This document shows, piece by piece, positions 48,539-54,913 of a DNA stretch of 64,000 nt. Origin of the DNA: Euryarchaeota archaeon SCGC AAA252-I15 (lineage in GTDB: Archaea; Altiarchaeota; Altiarchaeia; IMC4; SCGC-AAA252-I15). The stretch is from assembly GCA_000402775.1 (NCBI GenBank), contig AQSC01000059.1, forward strand, positions 4,257 to 68,256, written 5' to 3'. The notes under the pieces were generated by a model that worked only from the letters and a program-made list of their open reading frames with translations, made no database searches and was not told the origin of the DNA. Position 1 is the stretch's first letter; every line of letters begins with the position of its first letter. The position numbers and the translations under genes were made by a program.

Positions 48539-49246
48539 ATGGTTCATAAAGAAATCAATCCACAACCAGGTACAGTCAAGTGGGTTGAAATAGGTTCTGG
48601 AGGCGAAGCCTGCTGCCAGAAAGGCAATCCAAACGAGCTTGAAGGAATCGGCGGAACTCTAAAAGTCGAAAAACCACTCGCCGCAGTAAAAAGGGTCAAT
48701 CACATGAGCACATCCCAGATAGTGGGGGAAGGATTGTTTCTAAAGCACCTTTGCGCTAAAATCCTCGACGACCACTTCGTTGCCGAGGGCGTGTATGATA
48801 CAAGCCATGTCACGTCACCGCTTGGATCTTTCCCAGGCGGATACTACTATGAGTATGCGGTTGGAAGTGACGGTTTTTATTGGGAAGATACAGAATTAAG
48901 CGGATTCATAAAATTCACCAATAATCTGTCAAATGCAGGGATAAGCGTGGGTGATGACACAACCGATGTGGACGATGCGAGATGGTCAAAAAACATAGTC
49001 CATGATTCCGGACACCCAGCAAACTGGAAGAGGATAGACTTTGGAGGTTCAAGCTGCCCTACTCGAGCCGAGAAATTCAAAACATTCCTTGAATCCAACC
49101 CTCAGTTGGAGCAGAAGATGGGGTGGAAACACGAGCTGCTAACACTTGCAGGTCGAAAAAGCATACTCCAAGAAACCCTTAAACCCCCCGAAGAAGAACG
49201 GTTAACCAGTCTTTCGAGAAAATACCGGGAAAGTATTCTTAAGTAA
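48539..49246 (+). CDS. Hypothetical protein (235 aa)
   Basis: ATG ORF with coding-like composition. No motif recognised. Confidence 0.5.
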   Translation: MVHKEINPQPGTVKWVEIGSGGEACCQKGNPNELEGIGGTLKVEKPLAAVKRVNHMSTSQIVGEGLFLKHLCAKILDDHFVAEGVYDTSHVTSPLGSFPGGYYYEYAVGSDGFYWEDTELSGFIKFTNNLSNAGISVGDDTTDVDDARWSKNIVHDSGHPANWKRIDFGGSSCPTRAEKFKTFLESNPQLEQKMGWKHELLTLAGRKSILQETLKPPEEERLTSLSRKYRESILK

Positions 49247-49259
49247 AAAGGGGTTTGTT

Positions 49260-49333
49260 GGGTCCGTCGAGATTTGAACTCGAGTTCCTAGCTCCCAAAG
49301 CTAGAAGGATGGGCCAAGCTACCCCACGGACCC
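49260..49333 (-). tRNA. tRNA-Pro (anticodon UGG), no intron, CCA not encoded
   Basis: Minus strand: GGGUCCG UG GGGU AGCUUGGCCC AUCC U(U) CUAGC UUUGGGA GCUAG GAAC UCGAG UUCAAAU CUCGA CGGACCC, folded as a cloverleaf by hand. Confidence 0.85.
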
Positions 49334-49417
49334 TTCCGTGTCATCGAGCCGTAGCGAAGATGGCACCCGCATGTCAACTGGGCGTGACAGTTGGGGGTCA
49401 AGCTACCCCACGGACCC
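49334..49417 (+). repeat. 65-nt two-hairpin insert plus a 19-nt duplicate of the tRNA-Pro 5' end
   Basis: caagctaccccacggaccc occurs at 49315-49333 and again at 49399-49417. Hairpins GTGTCATC/GATGGCAC (49338-66) and TCAACTG/CAGTTGG (49374-94) lie between. Confidence 0.8.
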
Positions 49418-49483
49418 GGTGGAGAGAGAAATTGGTTTATTAATTCAGGGTGTTGGATTTAAAAAATGATTTTTTTAATAACC

Positions 49484-50212
49484 TTAGATTCGCCGTCCTC
49501 TCCTAGTTTCTTCTTGTCCGAATTTTGATGCGGCGATTACTTTGTCGGCGAGCCTTGAAAACGGGAGTGTTTGGAGTATTACTTTTCCGGGTCCTGTGAG
49601 GGTTGCGAAAAAGAGGCCTTCCCCCCCGAAGAGGGCGGATTTAACCCCTCCAACAAACTTTATGTCGTAGTGGACTGACTCTGAGAAGGCTACCAAACAA
49701 CCCGTGTCAACGCGCACTTCCTCACCGGGAGCAAGCTCAAGCTTGATCATAGTCCCCCCAGAGTGGAGGAATACTTTACCTTCCCCATGAATCTTCTGGA
49801 GGATGAATCCTTCCCCGCCGAAGAGTCCCGCGCCAAACCGCTTCGTAAACCCTACGGATACTTCGACTCCTTCGGTAGAGCAAAGGTAAGCGTCTTTCTG
49901 GCAGAGGAAGCTGCGCTCGGGTGTAACTTTGATCGGAGTGATCTTTCCCGGGTAAGGCCCTGAAAAGCTTACTGTACCAGCCGCCCCCTCGCACGTGAAA
50001 GAGGTTATGAAAAAGCTTTCGCCAGTAATTGTTCGCTTCAAACCCTTGATCAACCCCCCTCCAGTGTGAGTGTCCATCTTGATAGTAGAGTCCATGTAAA
50101 TCATGGCTCCCGCTTCGGCTCGAATATTCTGTCCACTTGCAAGGTTGAACTTCACAGCCTGCATGTCATCCCCTACAATCTCATAATTAAGCTCGTGCAT
50201 CCTCTTAAACAA
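49484..50212 (-). CDS. AIM24/DUF124 (TIGR00266-like) family protein
   Basis: YEIVGDDMQAVKFNL..GQNIRAEAGAMIYMD...GESFFITSF...GGEGFILQKI.G.G.VFL. Confidence 0.75.
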   Translation of the reverse strand: MFKRMHELNYEIVGDDMQAVKFNLASGQNIRAEAGAMIYMDSTIKMDTHTGGGLIKGLKRTITGESFFITSFTCEGAAGTVSFSGPYPGKITPIKVTPERSFLCQKDAYLCSTEGVEVSVGFTKRFGAGLFGGEGFILQKIHGEGKVFLHSGGTMIKLELAPGEEVRVDTGCLVAFSESVHYDIKFVGGVKSALFGGEGLFFATLTGPGKVILQTLPFSRLADKVIAASKFGQEETRRGRRI

Positions 50213-50325
50213 TTGTTTTCGAGTTTTTTAAATCACAACAGGCAGCCCAAGGATTCGAGTTCACATTCCCCTTAAAAAAGTGAGAAGACACCCTGAAAAA
50301 AGGAAAGCTTTTTATAGTAGAGTGA

Positions 50326-50386
50326 GTAATTAGTTACTAGTTAGTTACTGATTAGTAAATAGTTATTAACTAATTAGTTACTAATA
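50326..50386. promoter_or_regulatory. Operator-like TTAGTTACT repeat cluster upstream of the RHH gene
   Basis: TTAGTTACT at 50331-39, 50342-50 and 50375-83, plus TTAGTAA/TAGTTATTAACTAAT variants, downstream of the TATA-like TTTTATAG (50311-18). Confidence 0.55.
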
Positions 50387-50434
50387 TGTAAGCAGGGGTG
50401 TTTACGGGGTTAAACATGAAAAGTGTCGTAAACC

Positions 50435-50599
50435 ATGAGCAAGTTGATAGGGATCCGAGTAAGCGCAGGGATAGACGACATCCTGGACGAGATCTCTGGG
50501 AAACTAGGAAAGAAGAAATCGGTCTTAGCGCGCGAGCTTATGGAGCAGCGACTCTTCGAGATGAGTTTGGTTTCCACGAAACTTAAGAAAACAATGTAA
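50435..50599 (+). CDS. Ribbon-helix-helix (CopG-like) protein, 54 aa (below the ORF-track cutoff)
   Basis: MSKLIGIRVSAGIDDILDEISGKLGKKKSVLARELMEQRLFEMSLVSTKLKKTM has a beta-strand/helix/helix pattern. It competes with the overlapping ORF-track frame 50398-50586. Confidence 0.6.
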   Translation: MSKLIGIRVSAGIDDILDEISGKLGKKKSVLARELMEQRLFEMSLVSTKLKKTM

Positions 50600-50893
50600 G
50601 GCTCACATCGCTTAGTTGTGTGTGATTCAGCCACATCACCCCAACCACCTGGTGTGCCCGCTCAGTAGGGGGGTGGGCACACCGCATGGGGGGTGGATGA
50701 ATTTCTAGGATTTCTAATTCAGGATTATCGAGCCGCGAAGCGGTGAAGATAGTCCATTTGATGAACCTTTAGTAAAGGTTCTGCGAAAGAGAGCTGAAAC
50801 CAACCTTTTTCTTTGTCGGAGTTTCCCGACGAGAAACCGCGAGTTAATTGAGGGGTCTTACCGACCCCCCGGTAACGCACATTATAGAAGTAT
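50600..50893 (+). repeat. 290-nt non-coding hairpin array containing relatives of all three gene-5' inserts
   Basis: Hairpins GGTGTGCCC/GGGCACACC (50651-83), GGATTATC/GATAGTCC (50722-55), GAACCTTT/AAAGGTTC (50763-81), a ...GTCGG/CCGAC... hairpin within the 50811-50835 stretch, and a GGGGTC-ttacc-GACCCC hairpin at about 50851-50867. No ORF. Confidence 0.75.
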
Positions 50894-51649
50894 TTATTCT
50901 GTTTTCACTATCCGCCAGAGTTTGGCGGGCGCTCCCGCTCCGCCGACTGCGTGGATGCTGGTTTTTAGTTCATAACCTTCAAATTTTTCCATGTGCTGCT
51001 GAACCACTCTGTCGAATTTTTCAGCAAATTCTTTTCCCTCCTGAAATTTCATCCCTATGAGAACGCTCGCGCCATTCGGATTGCATGTGCCGGAGACATT
51101 GAGTTTCTGAAGCATGAGCCTGGCTAATTCCTCACCAGAGCCAGCAGATGGGAAACGGCAAGTCATCTGGTCGAAATGAGAGTTAGGGTGCTTAAGTAGT
51201 ATTTCCCCGAGAGAACCTTGCTTGACTATCAGATTCTGGCCTTCTGAAGGAATCCCCAAACGAGCCCACTCCGCCTTACGATGCTGAAAACGCTCTGTCC
51301 AAGCGTGGTATGTATTGGCTGCAATGGCCACGTCTATTGCATCGCTTTGGGCGAGAAGACACGCAAGAGGAGTTAATGGGGCAACCCTTTTACTCGTTGG
51401 TTTGAAGTGGCGGGGAATAGGCCCGGTTATGGTTTGGTACCGCCTGCCGCTTGCTTCAATGTCAGGGCCGATACCAGTTCCGAATAACTCATCGACGTAG
51501 CCCCCGTAAGCCATCTGTCTCTGGATTCTCTTTTGCGGATCAGTGACACGGATTATTTCTTGTAGAACACGCATTGCTGGATTTACAGGTATGGACCCTA
51601 CACCGTGTTTTAGAGCCTGAGGTGTTTGATCATGTCTGTAGATTGGCAT
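50894..51649 (-). CDS. Hypothetical protein (251 aa)
   Basis: ATG ORF with elevated GC. No motif recognised. Confidence 0.55.
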   Translation of the reverse strand: MPIYRHDQTPQALKHGVGSIPVNPAMRVLQEIIRVTDPQKRIQRQMAYGGYVDELFGTGIGPDIEASGRRYQTITGPIPRHFKPTSKRVAPLTPLACLLAQSDAIDVAIAANTYHAWTERFQHRKAEWARLGIPSEGQNLIVKQGSLGEILLKHPNSHFDQMTCRFPSAGSGEELARLMLQKLNVSGTCNPNGASVLIGMKFQEGKEFAEKFDRVVQQHMEKFEGYELKTSIHAVGGAGAPAKLWRIVKTE

Positions 51650-51711
51650 GGTAGGTGGAAAAAGTTATTCCCAATTATTTAATACACCCTCAGACAAATA
51701 AATGCTGTAGT

Positions 51712-52749
51712 ATGAACACCCAAAGTATTTTATCTGTTGATGATGACCTGATTTTTAATCCTTCAAACAGGCGGGATTCCGCATTAAGGCTTTTGGACGG
51801 GGAGAAGGTTTTTGAGAAAATCACCCCGCATTTCTTGTCTTTCTACAACCTCTATTTCATATGGGTTTATTTAATGCTTTTAAGCGGGGTGATACTCCTT
51901 TACTACGACGTATTAATCGACAACTTAAAGTGGATTTTATCCGGCGCTACAGGAGTCTTCAAACTGCCCTTCGGGGATCTGGGAATGCTTTCAGAAGTCG
52001 GTTTTTTCAGTAACATACAATTATTTCTGTATGTTTTAATGGGTCAGGCATCATATATCATAAATAGCAGTGAATTCATTCTAGCAATACTCTGGCTTGT
52101 ACCAATCGCCTTCTTCTCAACAGTATTTTCCATACTTCGAATAGAGTGGAAATGGATACTAGTGATGATAGGTGTTGGAGCGGCAAGCATATTAATCACT
52201 TTTTTACTTGAGCTTCCCGGTGAATCAGTTTACTATATCTCAATAATAATCTCAATTTTAGGTTGTGTTGGAGTTGACTTGTATAGGAGGGCTCACAGAT
52301 TTTACATCACAAACTATAGGATAATAACCGAGCTGAAGTTTCTGGGTGTGAAGCAAAACACGTTAAGCTATGACAAGATAAACAATCTCATCGTGGAACA
52401 ATCCTTGATTGCAAGGATTTTTGATTTCGGGACTGTAATCCCGATTACTGCTTCTGGTTTGGGTATGGGCGAGGACTCGGCTTCAGTGAGCATTGGGGCG
52501 GCAGGAAGACTTGGAGGTAAAGGATTCATTGGAGGTGCCGTTACAGGAGGTAGAAGCATCGACATTCCAAGGACGAGGAGCCAGTACGCCCTGTTCGGGG
52601 TTTCTAATCCCAAGAGGATTTACCACATCCTGTCAAAGTTCATGCAAGAGTATGTGGAAGCACCTTATCTTAAGGACATGAGCGTGAATATTCGAAAGCT
52701 TTTAGAGGCGCAGGAAAAAAGAGTGGGTAAAGACGGCGAGCTACTTTAA
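51712..52749 (+). CDS. Membrane protein with bacterial PH-like (DUF304/YdbS-type) domain
   Basis: Four or more TM helices, then HRFYITNYRIITELKFLGVKQNTLSYDKINNLIVEQSLIARIFDFGTV. Gly-rich segment. Start at MNTQSIL preferred. Confidence 0.65.
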   Translation: MNTQSILSVDDDLIFNPSNRRDSALRLLDGEKVFEKITPHFLSFYNLYFIWVYLMLLSGVILLYYDVLIDNLKWILSGATGVFKLPFGDLGMLSEVGFFSNIQLFLYVLMGQASYIINSSEFILAILWLVPIAFFSTVFSILRIEWKWILVMIGVGAASILITFLLELPGESVYYISIIISILGCVGVDLYRRAHRFYITNYRIITELKFLGVKQNTLSYDKINNLIVEQSLIARIFDFGTVIPITASGLGMGEDSASVSIGAAGRLGGKGFIGGAVTGGRSIDIPRTRSQYALFGVSNPKRIYHILSKFMQEYVEAPYLKDMSVNIRKLLEAQEKRVGKDGELL

Positions 52750-53991
52750 AGCTTCTGGTATTTTTTGTTCCGCTATCAGGTCGCTGTAGGATCTTCGGGT
52801 TCTAATCAACTCGCCAATTCCACCCCTCACCAAAACTTCGCAGGGTAGGGGTTGGCTGTTGTATTCGCTCGCCATGGCAAACCCGTAGGCCCCGCAATCT
52901 TTTATTGAGATTATGTCTCCAACACTTGTTTTTGGAAGACTTCTGTCTCTTCCCAGTATGTCGCCGCTTTCACAAACGTTTCCTGCAACATCAACTAGTT
53001 CCTCATTCCCGGATTTTCCTAAAACAGTCATGTGATGGTAGGCGTCGTACAATGTAGGTCTTGCAAGAGTGTTGAAACCTGCATCCACGTTAACGAAATT
53101 TTTGTAGGGGGTCTTCTTCACAGAATTAACTTTAGTCAAGAGTACTCCAGCAGGGCCCACAATGTATCTTCCCGGCTCAAGGTACAGGTAGGGTTCATTT
53201 GAAAGATCTTCGAGTCCATTTAAAAAGTTTGGAAGTATTGCTTCAGCAAACTCTTTTGGAGTTAGAGTTTTCTCGCCTTGATGGGATATTCCAAGACCCC
53301 CTCCAAGGTCAATGAAATCCAACTCAACCCCTAATTCCTTTTTAAGCATAACCGCGAAGTCCATAAGCTTTGAAACCGCCTCTTCAAATGCTTGAGACTC
53401 GTGAATTTGAGATCCAATATGAGCGTGAACCCCAATGGGTTTCACACCATTTAATTCCAAGGCTTTTTCATAGGCCTTTAACGCAATATCACCTTCAAGG
53501 TGCAATCCAAATTTCGAATTCTTAAGACCCGTTGCAATCTTCGGGTGAGTCTTGGAGGAAACATCAGGATTCACCCTGAAACAAATTCTCGCAGTCTTCC
53601 CCCTTTCCTCTGCAATCGAAGAAAAAGTCAACAATTCCGAGACATTCCCGTGAGTTACGATAACATCCTCCTCTAAAGCCAATTCAAGCTCTTGCACGGT
53701 CTTGCTGCTTGAAGTGAAGATTATGTCTTCAGATTTAATTCCTGCCTTGCGAGCGATAAAAAGCTCCCCCCCTGATACAACGTCTGCCCCACAACCCTGC
53801 TTTGCCAGAAGTCGAAGCAGCGCCAGCGATGAATTGGCCTTAACCGCGTACATGACCTTCGTCTTCTTATATCTGCTCTTGAAGGCTTTGAGGAAACTAT
53901 TATACCTAGCTACAACTTCATCCCCATCGTAGACGTAAAGAGGAGTCCCGTAATCCTTTGCCAGTTGCACGAGCAGGGTGTCTTCAATCAT
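52741..53991 (-). CDS. lysA: Diaminopimelate decarboxylase
   Basis: GTPLYVYD, YAVKANSSLALLRLL (PLP Lys), HIGSQ, DLGGGLG, GRYIVGPAG, CESGD. Confidence 0.9.
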   Translation of the reverse strand: MIEDTLLVQLAKDYGTPLYVYDGDEVVARYNSFLKAFKSRYKKTKVMYAVKANSSLALLRLLAKQGCGADVVSGGELFIARKAGIKSEDIIFTSSSKTVQELELALEEDVIVTHGNVSELLTFSSIAEERGKTARICFRVNPDVSSKTHPKIATGLKNSKFGLHLEGDIALKAYEKALELNGVKPIGVHAHIGSQIHESQAFEEAVSKLMDFAVMLKKELGVELDFIDLGGGLGISHQGEKTLTPKEFAEAILPNFLNGLEDLSNEPYLYLEPGRYIVGPAGVLLTKVNSVKKTPYKNFVNVDAGFNTLARPTLYDAYHHMTVLGKSGNEELVDVAGNVCESGDILGRDRSLPKTSVGDIISIKDCGAYGFAMASEYNSQPLPCEVLVRGGIGELIRTRRSYSDLIAEQKIPEALK

Positions 53992-54007
53992 GGTAAGATA
54001 TAGGTTC

Positions 54008-54716
54008 TTATCTATTAATCTTTTCGGAAATCTTTCTGAAAACACCTATTAGAGTGAAAGCCTCCCTACCCGACACGAACGCCCTGCCTAAAAGACTTCG
54101 AAAAGTTTTTTTCGCAAGCCCCCTCTCATAATCCCCGACGTGAACGGAATCAATTACAGAATCATACTTTTCAATCAACACATCTTTTTCCACCTTGTTG
54201 AGTCTCCTAAACTTTTTCCGCTTGTGTAATTTTTTTTCAAACTCGCTTCTCTTAAGCTCATAGAGTATGATGGCTGCCGACTGAGCTATATTGAGTGTGG
54301 GATAACTCGGGTTTGCGGGAATGCAAACTAGCACATCACATGACTTGATTTCATAATTGTTTAAACCATGGTCTTCACGTCCAAACACCAGTCCGATTTT
54401 ACCTGAAGTCTTAAGGGATTCCTGAAGGTGTTCAGGGGTAACTGGGTTTCTCATACTGTTTTTATCAGTGGCTGATATCGCGGAAGTTGCAACAAGAAAA
54501 TCAAACTCATTTTTCACTTCCTTAAAGTTTTTGAAAACGCGGGCGTTTTCAAGGACGTCAATGGCATGCATGCTCATCTTCCTTGCTTCCCCCCCCAAGT
54601 TTTGGGGGGTTTACGAGAACCAATTCTTCGAAACCGAAGTTTTTCATGATGCGGGCGATAGAACCTATGTTCCCATCATACAAGGGTTCGACCAAGACTA
54701 CGGAGTATTCTGCCAT
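54008..54716 (-). pseudogene. SpoU/TrmJ-like RNA 2'-O-methyltransferase, reading frame broken in an 8-nt homopolymer
   Basis: N-terminal part [37 protein letters not shown] (frame a). Remainder [19 protein letters not shown]...GLVFGREDHGL...CIPANPSYPTLNIAQSAAIILYEL (frame b). The frames join if the C8 run at 54589-96 is 7 nt. Confidence 0.75.
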
Positions 54717-54784
54717 TTTATTAGGTATCGTCGAGCAAGCGGGAGCGAGCGAAGACGGCACATTTGTCGTCGGCAAACTCCGAC
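54717..54784 (+). repeat. 68-nt two-hairpin insert between the trmJ-like 5' copies
   Basis: GTATCGTC/GACGGCAC (54725-61) then ATTTG and GTCGG/CCGAC (54769-84). 54763-87 matches 50811-35 at 23/25 in reverse-complement orientation; the segment is near-palindromic. Confidence 0.75.
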
Positions 54785-54870
54785 AAACCGAAGTTTTTCA
54801 TGATTCGTGCGATAGAACCTATGTTCCCATCATACAAGGGTTCGACCAGGATGATTGAGTAATCCGCCAT
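54721..54870 (-). other. Decoy ORF: diverged duplicate of the first 28 codons of the trmJ-like gene fused to insert sequence (49 codons)
   Basis: [28 protein letters not shown] + [28 protein letters not shown] double stop ends 1 nt before the downstream ATG at 54716. Confidence 0.6.
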
Positions 54871-54913
54871 AGTATTAATTTATTGTGGTTTATTGAAATA
54901 ACTTAATTGATTC

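Noticed and set aside
49334-49417. Possible second tRNA or split/intron-containing tRNA upstream of tRNA-Pro
   Set aside because: Hand folding gives acceptor and D-arm-like pairing from the duplicated 19 nt only. The would-be anticodon loop UCACGCC lacks U33 and a purine at position 37. There is no T-arm (no GTTCRANYC) and no matching 3' acceptor strand.
50398-50586. 62-aa ORF-track frame overlapping the RHH gene
   Set aside because: The sequence is Arg/Asp-rich and featureless, with no SD at proper spacing. The alternative frame gives a clean ribbon-helix-helix pattern. Kept only as the less likely alternative.
50600-50893. RNase P RNA, SRP RNA or C/D box sRNA interpretation of the hairpin array
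   Set aside because: There is no GGAAAGUCC-type CR-I block and no ACAGAA-type CR-V block in the right order, and no SRP helix-8 motifs. UGAUGA/CUGA boxes with about 12-nt spacing are absent (only GGAUGA and one UGAUGA...CUGA pair 30 nt apart). Sharing of sub-blocks with three other loci argues for a repeat family instead.
54468-54858. Plus-strand ORFs 54468-54803 and 54583-54858 containing the repeated peptide [19 protein letters not shown]
   Set aside because: They are the antisense reading of the duplicated trmJ-like N-terminus. The sense reading gives the canonical SpoU motif [21 protein letters not shown].
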